Shown one piece after another: positions 18,740 through 29,341 of a DNA stretch of 64,000 nt. Location: assembly GCA_963662275.1 (NCBI GenBank), contig OY759316.1:3936001-4000000 (forward strand), read 5' to 3'. Positions within the stretch are counted from its first letter, which is position 1; every line of letters starts with the position of its first letter. The notes under the pieces are model-generated. The model was given only the letters and a program-made list of their open reading frames with translations. It did no database searches and had not been told where the DNA came from. The translations under genes were made by a program, and so were the position numbers. Source of the stretch: Candidatus Cloacimonadales bacterium (GTDB lineage Bacteria > Cloacimonadota > Cloacimonadia > Cloacimonadales > DAONDQ01).

Positions 18740-20632
18740 GGAGATGTCCCGAAACTAGCATGATTTTATTTTCTTCTGTTGTAAAATATGTGATTGTTTT
18801 TACAGGCAAACTAAATTACTCAATAGTTTCCGAAAAGCGATGCAAAGACAAGGAAAAACGGAGTAATATTTACCTAATTCATGTTTGAATTCTGGTAGGA
18901 AGAGTCTTCATCAGGCTTTTCCTTCAGTATTTTGTAAGTGCAGAAACATTTTCCCTATATTATGTCCTAAAAAGAGGAGGGATAACTGTTCCTTGCATTT
19001 TCTCAATGAACGGACAGTAAATCTCTCAAACTTCCTGTTCCACTTCATGAAAGCAAATACAGCCTCCGGTTCGATGCCTCTTTGCTTTCTCAGCTTGTCG
19101 CCTTTTTCAGAAAGCAGATTATTGACGGTCTGACGTTTTAGTGGAGCTATATGAGGATCGTAGGTCAGTGATTTATGTGTTTTATCCTTGTAGGGAATAC
19201 ACTTTTTATTGTGAGGACATTCTCTGCAGTCATTACATATATAGGTTTTCACGATTCGTTTCGGACCGTTCTTCTCTGTCTCTTCTTCCTTGATTTTGAC
19301 CAGTCTCCGATTAAATTGACAGACCCACTCATCATGCTCCTCATCATAGCTGAAGCCTGTCAGAAGAGAGTCCCGATAATCTCTCTTATAATCCTGGGTC
19401 TTGAGATAGCTTGTTATCTCTTTTTCAGCAGCATAATTCAAATTCAGCGCAGTGCCATAGGCAGCATCTCCAACAACGTCGGTAGGATATTGTCCCAATT
19501 CATCATGCATTTGCTCCATGAGATTGGGAAATTCAACGGTTTCTTTAGGGATATTGAATAAGTGAATGCCTGTGACAAATTGCTCTGAAGTTCCGATACT
19601 GGCAACATAACCCGGTGCCAGCTGTCCATTTTTCAATCGCATAAATGTGGCATCATTATCAGTCTTGGATGTGCTGCTGCGTCCTTCTCCAATTATCTCA
19701 AGCTGTTGCTCATATTTCTCCAGCTTAGTTATATCATTGCTCTTTGATTTGGAGATTTCGCGCAAAAGAGATTTGATTTTCTTGATAGCCCGAGTATCTG
19801 ACGGATGATTTTTCTGTAGTCGGGACATTGCTTCTTTCAGCTTGTTTTCTGCTGAGACCAGTCTATCTCTGATCTGTTCAGATGCGACTGTAGCAGTTTT
19901 CTCTGATTCAACCGCATGCAATTGCTCACCAAGCTCAAGAAGATCAGCGGTTCCATATTGCTGTTGCTCTTCCTGATTATATTCCTCGATCTTTTTAAAC
20001 AATCCCTCAACTCGTGTCTTGACCAGTTCCTGATAACGAAGCGCATTGCTTTTCCAGATGTAGGAATTCTTGCCGGCATTTGCGTGAATCGTCGTCCCGT
20101 CAACAAAACAGGTGTCGAGATCAAGATATCCTAATGATGATGCTTTCAGTACTACCTGATAAAATACATCAATAAGAATATCAGAACACTTAGTCCAGGC
20201 AAAGGTGTTGATCGTTCTGAAATCAGGTTCCTGTTCTCCTGCCAGCCAGATAAAATTGATGTTCTCCCGAACAGCCTTAGCTATCTTCCGACAGGTATAA
20301 ATACCATTGATATAGGCGTATACAATGATCTTCAACATCATCTTGGGATGATAAGCAGGTGTACCTTCATCAGAGTATCTTGTATATAGCTCAGATAAGT
20401 CCAGTTGCTCAACGACATCGTTAACATAACGAACCATGTGCTGGGGAGGTATTCTCTCTTCAATATTAAGTCCATAGAGTGTCCCCTGATTCGGATTGTG
20501 CTCTCTGAAATTCATAATTCTCTCTATGCTTAGTTTTTAAAGGCAACAATACACCCTATAACAATATGTCAAGTAATATGATTAATATTTAATAGTTGCT
20601 ATTTTTCTATCATTTAGTTTCGGGACATCTCC
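18740..20632 (-). mobile_element. IS1182-family insertion sequence
   Basis: Perfect 18-bp terminal inverted repeats GGAGATGTCCCGAAACTA (18740-18757 / 20615-20632) flank the transposase. Confidence 0.9.
18911..20515 (-). CDS. IS1182-family DDE transposase
   Basis: GTPAYHPKMMLK..YAY, WLAG..PDFRTI, VDGT.I.ANA, SKTDNDATFMR, GDAAYG and R...EPVF-like IEPEAVF..MK.NR.F.RF. Confidence 0.93.
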   Translation of the reverse strand: MNFREHNPNQGTLYGLNIEERIPPQHMVRYVNDVVEQLDLSELYTRYSDEGTPAYHPKMMLKIIVYAYINGIYTCRKIAKAVRENINFIWLAGEQEPDFRTINTFAWTKCSDILIDVFYQVVLKASSLGYLDLDTCFVDGTTIHANAGKNSYIWKSNALRYQELVKTRVEGLFKKIEEYNQEEQQQYGTADLLELGEQLHAVESEKTATVASEQIRDRLVSAENKLKEAMSRLQKNHPSDTRAIKKIKSLLREISKSKSNDITKLEKYEQQLEIIGEGRSSTSKTDNDATFMRLKNGQLAPGYVASIGTSEQFVTGIHLFNIPKETVEFPNLMEQMHDELGQYPTDVVGDAAYGTALNLNYAAEKEITSYLKTQDYKRDYRDSLLTGFSYDEEHDEWVCQFNRRLVKIKEEETEKNGPKRIVKTYICNDCRECPHNKKCIPYKDKTHKSLTYDPHIAPLKRQTVNNLLSEKGDKLRKQRGIEPEAVFAFMKWNRKFERFTVRSLRKCKEQLSLLFLGHNIGKMFLHLQNTEGKA

Positions 20633-20671
20633 TCAGAGAAGAAGGACAGTCAGACAGTCAGGTACTGACGA

Positions 20672-20910
20672 CAGATAGTAACGCTCGGATTTTAATCCGG
20701 CGATACGTGACACCAGTGGCAACCAAGATAAGTCCAATATGGACGGCAGATGATATGAGATCTTCCCGATGGGACTGGACTTGTTGCTATCGATTGTCAC
20801 CGGATTAAAATCCAGTGTTAATATCTATCATCCCGATGGGATTCAGTCTTTGTTGGCTCATGTCACCGGATTGAAATCCAGTGTTAATATCTTTCTTCCC
20901 TCGGAGAATT
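20672..20910. repeat. 66-bp-period palindromic array, right part (one inverted and two direct copies)
   Basis: Inverted copy CGGATTTTAATCCGG near 20686-20700, direct copies at 20797 and 20863. Confidence 0.85.
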
Positions 20911-20952
20911 ATGAAGTTCGAACTCCAAAAATAGCTACTTTCAAAAAAAAAC

Positions 20953-21000
20953 TTGCCAAGAATTGGTTGCTATTTATCTTGTAAGTGAGTATTTACTTAC
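20953..21000 (+). promoter_or_regulatory. Putative sigma70 promoter with an adjacent palindromic operator GTAAGT-N8-ACTTAC
   Basis: TTGCCA-N16-TATCTT followed directly by palindrome 20981-21000 and the AGGAG RBS of tetR. Confidence 0.55.
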
Positions 21001-21010
21001 AGGAGATAAG

Positions 21011-21598
21011 ATGAGTTTAACCGTGAGACAGAAAGAGATTGTACTGAACATCATTCGCATCATATCCACACAGGGTATCCAGGAATTGACGATCAAGAAT
21101 ATAGCGGCTGCGATCAATGTCACAGAAGCTGCCATTTATCGTCATTTCAAAAGTAAAAACGACATGCTAATGGAAGTCCTGAACTATTTTGAAGAATTAG
21201 CATCGGGGATGTCAGAAAAAGCAGAGCAGGAAGATACTACTCCGTTAGGAAAGATAGAGATTTTCCTGCTGCAGAGATATGAACTTTTTCAAAGCAATCC
21301 TGACCTGGCAAAAGTCATGTTTTCCGAAGTACTGTTTGAAAACGATACAGATCTCTCGAATAAAATGCACGAAATCATCCAGACCCATATGCACCAGATG
21401 ATAGAATTCGTACACCAGGCACAGGCAAGCGGACAAATACGTAAAGATATAGATGAAAAGCATTTATTCCGCATGATTGTCGGTTCTATGCGATTGCTGG
21501 TAACTCAGTGGTGCCTGAGTGGTTATTCCTTCCCTTTGGAAGAAGAAGGAAAGCGGCTGTGGAAGTCGGTGCAGAAGCTTATAGCTGGTAGCTTGTAG
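21011..21598 (+). CDS. TetR/AcrR family transcriptional regulator
   Basis: HTH LTIKNIAAAINVTEAAIYRHFKSK. Start at ATG 21011 behind AGGAG. Confidence 0.92.
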   Translation: MSLTVRQKEIVLNIIRIISTQGIQELTIKNIAAAINVTEAAIYRHFKSKNDMLMEVLNYFEELASGMSEKAEQEDTTPLGKIEIFLLQRYELFQSNPDLAKVMFSEVLFENDTDLSNKMHEIIQTHMHQMIEFVHQAQASGQIRKDIDEKHLFRMIVGSMRLLVTQWCLSGYSFPLEEEGKRLWKSVQKLIAGSL

Positions 21599-21668
21599 CT
21601 TGTAGGGGAAGAACGGTTCATTGAGCTGTCGTAACTCCGTCTATAGGTTGGGAATTAGTTGTTAAATT

Positions 21669-21744
21669 GACCCCCCTACCCCCCTTCTCGAGGGGGGATA
21701 AGGAAGGAGATAAATCCCCCCTTGAGAAGGGGGGTAGGGGGGTC
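21669..21744. repeat. Inverted doublet of the REP-like TCCCCCCTTGAGAAGGGGGGTAGGGGGGTC
   Basis: 21669-21698 is the near-perfect reverse complement of 21715-21744. Single copies at 32515 and 33147. Confidence 0.88.
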
Positions 21745-21796
21745 TTATGCGGTCAGTTAAAAAGAAATAAGTAAAATAAATGAAGCAGGAGAAAAC

Positions 21797-22636
21797 ATGA
21801 AGCGTAAGATTATCAACATTGATGCTGACAAGTGTAATGGTTGCGGTCTTTGCATCCCGAACTGCCCGGAAGGGGCAATTCAAATCATCGACCAGAAAGC
21901 ACGGCTTGTCAGTGACCTTGCCTGTGACGGACTGGGAGCCTGCCTGGGACATTGCCCGCAGGGAGCCATCACGATTGAAGAAAGAGAAGCAGAGCCATAC
22001 CAGGAAAAACTGGTCATGGAAACCATAGTCAAACAGGGTGAGAATACTCTTATTGCTCACTTAAAACATCTAAATGATCACAAACAACACGAATATCTGC
22101 AGGAAGCATTAGTTTTTTTAAAGGAGAATAACATGAACGTTCCCGATTTCAAAGAAGAAAAGCAACATACAGAAGAAACACCCTCAGTTTGTGGCTGCGC
22201 CGGTGGAGCTGCCAAGAAATTTGCACCAAAGACAAATGACGGAATTGCAGTACAAAGCGGTAAAATAGAATCAGAGCTTAGACAGTGGCCTGTTCAACTT
22301 CATTTGATAAATCCCAATGCGGATTATTTTGAAAATGCAGACTTGCTCATCTCGGCAGATTGTGTACCTTATTCATACGGAGATTATCATAGAAAGTTCC
22401 TGAAAGGCAAGATCGTCATCACCCTTTGTCCAAAACTGGATAGAGACATAGACAGCTACATTGATAAATTGGCGGAGATTTTTACACGTCATACAATTAA
22501 ATCTCTCAGTATCGTAAGAATGGAAGTTCCCTGTTGTGGAGGAACTGAACTGATCGTGCAGAAAGCTTTAGAAAAAGCAGGAAGACTACACTTCGTTAAA
22601 CTAACAATCGTTTCATTGCAGGGAGAGATACTGTGA
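21797..22636 (+). CDS. 4Fe-4S ferredoxin-type iron-sulfur protein (hcp-associated)
   Basis: CNGCGLCIPNCPEG, CDGLGACLGHCP, QWPVQL, ADC, CPKLD and MEVPCC. Confidence 0.88.
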   Translation: MKRKIINIDADKCNGCGLCIPNCPEGAIQIIDQKARLVSDLACDGLGACLGHCPQGAITIEEREAEPYQEKLVMETIVKQGENTLIAHLKHLNDHKQHEYLQEALVFLKENNMNVPDFKEEKQHTEETPSVCGCAGGAAKKFAPKTNDGIAVQSGKIESELRQWPVQLHLINPNADYFENADLLISADCVPYSYGDYHRKFLKGKIVITLCPKLDRDIDSYIDKLAEIFTRHTIKSLSIVRMEVPCCGGTELIVQKALEKAGRLHFVKLTIVSLQGEIL

Positions 22637-22697
22637 TCACACGCAATTGCATAAATGAAATTACCAAAACCATAAAAGAAAAACAAGGAGTCTAATT

Positions 22698-24365
22698 ATG
22701 AGTATGTTCTGTTATCAATGCCAGGAAACTGTGCGTAACGAAGGCTGCACCAAGCGTGGTGTATGCGGAAAGACAGAAGATGTCGCCAATATCCAAGACC
22801 TGATGATTTGGCTATTAAAAGGAACCGGTTGGGTCGTAGAACAGGCAAGGGAATTTGGTAATCCCGATCTGAAGTATGTCGAATATGTCAAGGAATGCCT
22901 CTTTGCCACAATTACCAATGCTAACTTCGATTACAGTCGCTTTGAGAAGTTTATTCCCAAAGTAATACAATATCGCGATGAAATCAAAGCCAAGTTCCTC
23001 CAGGATTATCAGAATAAATATGGTAAAGAATATGCCGGCATCATGCCTGAAGCAGCAACCTGGTCTTCCAATGATGTCACTATGATGAATGCTAAAGCAC
23101 TTGAGGTTGGCATTCTTTCTGTTAAGGAAGATGATATTCGTTCCTTACAACACTTGATGCTTTTTGGTTTAAAAGGTCTTTGTGCCTATTCCCACCATGC
23201 TTCAGTTCTTGGGTACCAGGATGATGAAGTGAATCAGTTCATATTCACTGTACTCGCTGCAACACAGGATAATGCCCTGACTGTAAACGATTGGGTTGGA
23301 TTAGTATTAAAGACCGGTCACATGACTGCCCAGACTATGGCTTTATTGGATAAGGCAAATACTGAAACGTACGGAAATCCAGAACCAACACATGTGAATA
23401 TTGGAGTAGGAAAGAACCCGGGAATCCTCATTAGCGGACATGACCTGAAAGATTTGGATGAATTGCTTCAGCAGACGGAAGGCAAAGGCATCGATATTTA
23501 TACCCATAGCGAGATGCTTCCTGCCAATTATTATCCCTATTTCAAGAAATACAAACACCTCGTCGGCAATTATGGCGGTTCCTGGTGGCATCAGCAATCT
23601 GATTTTGAAACATTCAATGGTCCGATACTTCTGACGACCAATTGTCTTGTTCAGCCAAAAGACAGTTATAAAGATCGTTTGTTCATGACCAGTGTTGTCG
23701 GTTTTGCAGGCATGAAATATGTTGAGGACAGAAAGCCTGGAATGCAGAAGGATTTCTCTCCAATCATTGAAATTGCAATGAAATCAGCCCCGCCGAAAGA
23801 ACTGGAAACAGGTGAGATCATCGGTGGATTTGGTCATGCAACAGTTATGGGTGTTGCAGATAAGATCATTGAAGCTGTGAAATCAGGAAAGATAAAACGC
23901 TTTGTCGTGATGGCAGGCTGTGATGGCAGACATAAAGAACGCGACTATTTTACTCAAGTTGCTGAAGAGCTTCCCAAAGATACGATCATATTAACTGCAG
24001 GTTGCGCTAAATATCGTTACATTAAACTTCCACTTGGTGATATTGATGGCATTCCGCGTGTTCTTGATGCGGGTCAATGTAATGATTCCTATTCTTTAGC
24101 TGTCATCGCTTTGAAGTTGAAAGATGCATTTGGGTTAGAAGATGTAAACGATTTGCCACTTTCATTCGATATTGCCTGGTATGAACAAAAGGCAGTTGCC
24201 GTTTTGCTTGCTTTACTAGCACTCGGTTTCAAGAATCTTCGATTAGGACCAACACTTCCGGCATTCCTGTCTCCTAATGTGGCTAAAGTGCTTGTGGAAA
24301 ACTTCAATATCAAAGGGATCACTACTGCTGGAGAAGATATCAAAGCTATGATGCTGGGACAATAA
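22698..24365 (+). CDS. hcp: Hybrid cluster protein (hydroxylamine reductase / prismane)
   Basis: MFCYQCQET...C...[41 protein letters not shown] and WYEQKA. Confidence 0.97.
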   Translation: MSMFCYQCQETVRNEGCTKRGVCGKTEDVANIQDLMIWLLKGTGWVVEQAREFGNPDLKYVEYVKECLFATITNANFDYSRFEKFIPKVIQYRDEIKAKFLQDYQNKYGKEYAGIMPEAATWSSNDVTMMNAKALEVGILSVKEDDIRSLQHLMLFGLKGLCAYSHHASVLGYQDDEVNQFIFTVLAATQDNALTVNDWVGLVLKTGHMTAQTMALLDKANTETYGNPEPTHVNIGVGKNPGILISGHDLKDLDELLQQTEGKGIDIYTHSEMLPANYYPYFKKYKHLVGNYGGSWWHQQSDFETFNGPILLTTNCLVQPKDSYKDRLFMTSVVGFAGMKYVEDRKPGMQKDFSPIIEIAMKSAPPKELETGEIIGGFGHATVMGVADKIIEAVKSGKIKRFVVMAGCDGRHKERDYFTQVAEELPKDTIILTAGCAKYRYIKLPLGDIDGIPRVLDAGQCNDSYSLAVIALKLKDAFGLEDVNDLPLSFDIAWYEQKAVAVLLALLALGFKNLRLGPTLPAFLSPNVAKVLVENFNIKGITTAGEDIKAMMLGQ

Positions 24366-24386
24366 CTATATATTAGAAAAAATTAA

Positions 24387-24420
24387 ATCCGGGTTATATG
24401 TAAAAATAGCCCGGATATTT
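24387..24420 (+). terminator. Putative terminator hairpin after hcp
   Basis: ATCCGGGTTAT...ATAGCCCGGAT stem with a weak U tail. Confidence 0.55.
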
Positions 24421-24624
24421 GAATACTAAATTCATCTTCAAATAATCATCTGGTTGTCTTAGGAATAAGAATTGCGTATTAATTACATTGAATATTTCTC
24501 ATTTTGAGAATTCTGGATTTCATCTTCAAAATCATTAAAAACTGATGATTGCAAAAAATGTTTTGACAGAAAACGATAGAATTGTGAAATCACAGTTTAA
24601 TAAGAAATTAATCAAGGAGGATTC

Positions 24625-27432
24625 ATGAAGAAGATACTGTTAATAGTTTTCACCTTAATGTTCATTGCCACTTTCTTAATGGCAGCTACTGCAAAGGTGT
24701 CTCACGCGAGGTCTGTGACTACACACAATCAAGGCACAAGACTCGATTTAATTACATTTCAAGAAACATTTGAAAATGGGGATGCTGGCTGGACATATGT
24801 TGATGCCTCCGCTCCGCCAACCTATCAATGGCGTAATTATGAATCTGCTACAGATGGCTGGGTCTGGTGGATGGGAGATCCGACTTTGTCTTCAGGTACT
24901 AATATTGGTGGATATACAGACCGCCAGTATCTTGTATTTGATACACCTGCTGTAACTGTCCCAACGGCAAATCCGCTTTTGACATTTCGCTATAAGTACA
25001 AAATAGAAACTCCCGGTACATCTACAGATGCTCCAGAGTATAATGGGTGGGATAGTTTTAATATTCGAATTTCAATAGACAATGGTTTAAACTGGATAGT
25101 GCTCACAGGTACACCTGCCTATTCTTTCACTTCATCTTTTGCTTTTGGTGACCAACATGGTGAAGGTGTTAATATTCCTGCTTGGGGTGGAAACTCTAAT
25201 GGTTGGCACGATGCATCCTTTGACCTGAGCGTATATGCTGAACAAAGTGTCATGATCCGTTTTGCCTTTGCTTCTGATCCAGAAGAATGTACTGAAGATG
25301 ATGCTACCTTATTTGGTGTGATGGTTGATGATATTTCTCTCGGAACTTTAACAAACGATGGTTCAACAAACACTGATTTCGTTTCACACAGCCTTGTCCC
25401 ACTCGGTGGGCAATTGTGGCATGTCGATACTGTTGGTGATGCTCCATCTCCTTCACACGCAATGGTTTGCGTGAATGAAACAGGTGGTTACGATCCCAAT
25501 ATGAATGATTTTGTATATTCACCTTCGATTACCCTTCCGGCAAGCGGACAGATTAAAGTTGATTTTCAATTACAAGGTAGTTTTGCCGATCCTGATAATA
25601 ACGACTTTTTTGAATGGGACATTTCCCCTGACGATGGTATTACCTGGTATGGAATGCGTAATCCCTATAATTTACCGGATATTCAACCGGTCATATATGT
25701 TAGTGCTCCAGATACATGGGCTTCTTTTGTTGATTCTTATGCAGATATTGATGGAATGATTTCTGATTATGCTGGACAAACTGTCAAATTCAGATGGTCA
25801 TTTACATCCAATGCAACCATGGAAGGATCAGGGATAATGATTGATGATTTAACGATTTATAATGTGATCTTCCTTGCTCCACCAACAAATCTAGTTAGCA
25901 CAGTAAATAATAACCAGGTTGATTTAACTTGGACGGCACCCGTTACTGGAATGACGACTGGTATCATTACCTCAGGGTCTGAGGATTGGAATGGTCATAT
26001 TAATGATGTAGATGCATATGCAATGAAAATTACCAATCCAAATGATACACCTACTCAGTTGCATGGTGTTAATTTTATCTTATACCGTGTAAACATGTTG
26101 CCTATCGTTGGTACACCCGCTATTCATGTCTGGGCTGATGATGCTGAAGGAGTTCCTGGTACTGAATTGTGTTCTGTACCTGGCATCACCGGAATCGAAA
26201 GCTATGCCTGGAAATCAGTTGATATCACAAATTCCAATATTATGATTCCTGCCAATGGATCGATCTTTATTGGGGTCAGTCAAATTGAGAATGGTGATCC
26301 TGACTCACAGGGCTTACTATGTGATTCTACAAGCGCTGTATCCAATTCGTATGTCTCTTCTGGAGGCGCATGGGAAAATTTGAGTACAGCATATATGGGT
26401 GCTCTTACGAATTGCGGTCTGTCAGGAACGATATGGGTACCGGATCCAGAGGCTCCTGTATTAACTGGACTTAAAGTATATCGTACTTCTGATCTGACAT
26501 TGGAATTCACAGAAATTGCCAATCTCACAGATCCTACTACTGTTACTTATACAGATACTACTCCTATATCAGGTCAGTCCAGTTTCTATAAGGTTACTGG
26601 TGTGTATACAAATTATGAATCAGATCCAACCAATATTGTCTCTGCATTTGTGCTTGGTGCGGACTATTCAGAATTTGCATTGGATGATAATAATGTGAAT
26701 CAGGGGTTCACCGTTGGTGCAACTCATTCCATGGCAGTAAAATTCAATACTAATCCTGGTCCAGGTCATGGCAGCCAGATTAGATTCGTAAAGATCTATA
26801 TCAATCAGGTTGGGACATCTAATCTGATTGTGAGATTGTATAATACTGATGGACCAAATGGTACGCCAGGAACTCAATTAGTTACATTCACAAATTTGGT
26901 GACGGGATTAATTCAGGGCTGGAATACGTTTACTTTCCCTACAGGTAACCTGGTCACTGATACAGATGGTATTTTCTATATTGGAATACTTGAATCTACC
27001 GGTGGTTCACAAATAGGTTTGGATTCAGATTCTCACGATAGTAGTTGGAAAAAAATGGCAGCAGCAAATCCATGGATTCCTGTTACTGAAGGAAACATCA
27101 TGATTCGTGCCATTGTGCGCAATGTTGTTGGTAACGATGATTTGGTTGAAGTTTCTCCATCTATGGATCTCAACAATTATCCGAACCCATTCAATCCGAC
27201 AACTACAGTTAGCTTCAATGTTCCCAAAGCAGGAACTGGAAGCGTAAAAATTTATAATGTCAGAGGTCAGTTAGTTCGAACCCTTATCTCAGGAAAATTG
27301 ACAGCAGGTCTAAATAAAATCACTTGGGAAGGAACGAACGATAATGATCAAAGTGTCAGCAGCGGAATTTACTTTATGAAATTCGAAACTGCAGGCAAGA
27401 CTCTTACTCAAAAAATGATACTGATGAAATAA
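24625..27432 (+). CDS. Large secreted protein with jelly-roll/MAM-like and FN3 domains and a FlgD/T9SS-like C-terminal domain
   Basis: Signal peptide, two RF.F.S....G..(V/I)DD jelly-roll motifs, APPTNL...LTWTAP, and NYPNPFNPTT...IYNVRGQLVRTL...W.G.N...VSSGIYF...KMILMK. Confidence 0.85.
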   Translation: MKKILLIVFTLMFIATFLMAATAKVSHARSVTTHNQGTRLDLITFQETFENGDAGWTYVDASAPPTYQWRNYESATDGWVWWMGDPTLSSGTNIGGYTDRQYLVFDTPAVTVPTANPLLTFRYKYKIETPGTSTDAPEYNGWDSFNIRISIDNGLNWIVLTGTPAYSFTSSFAFGDQHGEGVNIPAWGGNSNGWHDASFDLSVYAEQSVMIRFAFASDPEECTEDDATLFGVMVDDISLGTLTNDGSTNTDFVSHSLVPLGGQLWHVDTVGDAPSPSHAMVCVNETGGYDPNMNDFVYSPSITLPASGQIKVDFQLQGSFADPDNNDFFEWDISPDDGITWYGMRNPYNLPDIQPVIYVSAPDTWASFVDSYADIDGMISDYAGQTVKFRWSFTSNATMEGSGIMIDDLTIYNVIFLAPPTNLVSTVNNNQVDLTWTAPVTGMTTGIITSGSEDWNGHINDVDAYAMKITNPNDTPTQLHGVNFILYRVNMLPIVGTPAIHVWADDAEGVPGTELCSVPGITGIESYAWKSVDITNSNIMIPANGSIFIGVSQIENGDPDSQGLLCDSTSAVSNSYVSSGGAWENLSTAYMGALTNCGLSGTIWVPDPEAPVLTGLKVYRTSDLTLEFTEIANLTDPTTVTYTDTTPISGQSSFYKVTGVYTNYESDPTNIVSAFVLGADYSEFALDDNNVNQGFTVGATHSMAVKFNTNPGPGHGSQIRFVKIYINQVGTSNLIVRLYNTDGPNGTPGTQLVTFTNLVTGLIQGWNTFTFPTGNLVTDTDGIFYIGILESTGGSQIGLDSDSHDSSWKKMAAANPWIPVTEGNIMIRAIVRNVVGNDDLVEVSPSMDLNNYPNPFNPTTTVSFNVPKAGTGSVKIYNVRGQLVRTLISGKLTAGLNKITWEGTNDNDQSVSSGIYFMKFETAGKTLTQKMILMK

Positions 27433-27447
27433 TCAGCATAAATAATG

Positions 27448-27477
27448 AAAAGGCATCCTTCGGGATGCCTTTTTTTT
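27448..27477. terminator. Rho-independent terminator (probably bidirectional)
   Basis: AAAAGGCATCC-TTCG-GGATGCCTTTTTTTT. Confidence 0.9.
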
Positions 27478-27566
27478 ATACTTCATAACGGGAAGGTTAC
27501 TAGATCGGAGCTTGGAAATATCCAGGTTGTTCCTTGAAGAATATAAAGGCAATAAAAGTGAATATT

Positions 27567-27698
27567 CAGTAGTTCTCTTTCAGCTTCGGCAAACCTATTT
27601 CAATAAAAGCAATTTCCTGCTCGCATTTTCCCCTTCACTGTTTATTCTGGCAAAATATACAGCCGATCCAAGTGATAATGTTCTTCAGAAATTGTAAT
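27567..27698 (-). pseudogene. Degraded GNAT acetyltransferase fragment
   Basis: Minus strand reads HYHLDRLYILPE*TVKGKCEQEIAFIE, resembling GNAT motif A with an internal stop. Confidence 0.4.
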
Positions 27699-27705
27699 GT
27701 ATTCC

Positions 27706-28437
27706 TTAATACTTTAATACTTTCTCAAAAAAATGTTGAAGTTCAGAATGCCTTGGATTGTTGAAAAGCTCTATTGTGTCACCAACTTCCAAAACTTTAC
27801 CTTCCGCGATGAATAACACATGGTCTGCTACCTTTCGGGCAAAACCCATTTCATGAGTAACAAGGATCAAATCTTTTTTCTCTTCACGTAACTCCGCAAT
27901 CATATCGAGCACTTCAGATGTAAATTCAGGGTCTAGCGCAGAAGTAGGTTCATCCAGGAGAAGAAACTTTGGTTTTATAGCCATCGCTCTGGCAATTGCA
28001 ACCCTTTGTTTTTGACCTCCGGATAGTTGAGAAGGCTTTTTCAGAGCATGTTCCTGCAATTGGAATCGATTGAGCAATTCCAAAGCTCTTGCTTCAGACT
28101 CTTCCAGGGAATAACCATGTACTTTCTCCAAGGGTAATGCTATGTTTCGAAGTGCAGTTAAATGTGGGAACAGATTATATGCTTGAAAAACCATACCAAT
28201 GCTTTTACGATATTCACGTAAGTGTTGTTCTTCAAAAATAAGTGGTTCATCATTGATTAGAATACTTCCTGTGTTTGGAAACTCTAATCCTGCCAGGATA
28301 CGCAGCAAAGTGGTTTTTCCACCACCTGAAGGACCGATAATGACTAAAGCATGTATTTCCTCAAAGTGAAGAGAAATATCGTCTAATACGACTTGTTGTT
28401 CGTAGGATTTGGAGATGGATTTTAACTCAAGCTTCAT
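27706..28437 (-). CDS. Polar amino-acid ABC transporter ATP-binding protein (GlnQ family)
   Basis: GPSGGGKTT, MVFQ.YNLFPH, LSGGQKQR, LLDEPTSALDPE and VTHEMGFAR. Confidence 0.95.
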   Translation of the reverse strand: MKLELKSISKSYEQQVVLDDISLHFEEIHALVIIGPSGGGKTTLLRILAGLEFPNTGSILINDEPLIFEEQHLREYRKSIGMVFQAYNLFPHLTALRNIALPLEKVHGYSLEESEARALELLNRFQLQEHALKKPSQLSGGQKQRVAIARAMAIKPKFLLLDEPTSALDPEFTSEVLDMIAELREEKKDLILVTHEMGFARKVADHVLFIAEGKVLEVGDTIELFNNPRHSELQHFFEKVLKY

Positions 28438-28493
28438 ACATGCTGCCTGGAATAATTGTTACCAAGTTATAGCCTTCTGAAATGGGAGCTATA

Positions 28494-29330
28494 TTAAGTT
28501 TCATAATGGAACTTCTTCTCTAAATGTCTTGTTAATAGAGAGATGGGGAATGTCAGGATGAAATAGCCAACAGCTAAAGGAATATAGCTCTCGAGAGTTG
28601 AATAAGTATAGGAATTTACTTCCTGGGCGTTCAAGGTAAATTCACTGACCGAAATGATAGATAATAACGAAGAGTCCTTTACTAACGAAACAAATTGTCC
28701 AGCCAGGGGTGGTAGAATTCTTTTCATGACCTGTGGAAAGATGATAAACCGATAGGTATCCGTTTTATTGAAACCCAAGGCTTTAGCGGTTTCCCATTGT
28801 GATTTGCCAATACTTTCAATACCTGCTCTAATCACTTCTGATACATAAGCTCCTGAGAAAAATGCTAAGATCAGAATTCCAGCTACATATCGATCATTAA
28901 TATGAAATGCATTTCCAATCACATAGAAGAAGATTAGGATTTGCACTAGCAGCGTTGTTCCACGTATCAATTCGATATATGTTTTACTGATGATTTTAAA
29001 AGGTAGGAATCGAGATTGCTGTCCCATAGCGAAAAAGAGACCAATGAAAAGACTGAGTATGAGTGCAAAACATGAGATGAGAATGGTCATGAACCAGCCA
29101 TGAATGAATTTCGCTTTATACTTATAGAGCGCTGTCCAATTGAAATGATACTGCAATTGACTGAATGCGAAAATGAAGAGTCCGCTTAAAATGACGATAA
29201 CCAGAATAGTACTCAATATCCACGCAAGAGTACTCCATTTGGGAAGATCATGATACTCAGGGGAAAGGAAGAGATTTGAATACCATGATCTTTTCTCTTT
29301 TGTTATTGGATTCGTTGAATTGTTAATCAA
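28494..29330 (-). CDS. Polar amino-acid ABC transporter permease
   Basis: YIELIRGT.LLVQ, AYVSEVIRAGI.SI...QWE.A.ALG and KDSSL. Confidence 0.93.
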   Translation of the reverse strand: MINNSTNPITKEKRSWYSNLFLSPEYHDLPKWSTLAWILSTILVIVILSGLFIFAFSQLQYHFNWTALYKYKAKFIHGWFMTILISCFALILSLFIGLFFAMGQQSRFLPFKIISKTYIELIRGTTLLVQILIFFYVIGNAFHINDRYVAGILILAFFSGAYVSEVIRAGIESIGKSQWETAKALGFNKTDTYRFIIFPQVMKRILPPLAGQFVSLVKDSSLLSIISVSEFTLNAQEVNSYTYSTLESYIPLAVGYFILTFPISLLTRHLEKKFHYET

Positions 29331-29341
29331 AAACCTCGATG

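Noticed and set aside
18641..20895. CRISPR-like geometry: ~29-bp palindromic repeat on a 66-bp period
   Set aside because: The intervening sequences resemble each other and share a TCCC-N3-GGGA hairpin, one copy is inverted, there are only two units per run, and no cas genes are present. It fits a BIME/REP array.
22632..22641. HcpR/CRP box (TGTGATCACA before hcp, TGTGAAATCACA at 24583)
   Set aside because: Half-site spacing is 0 and 2 bp rather than 6.
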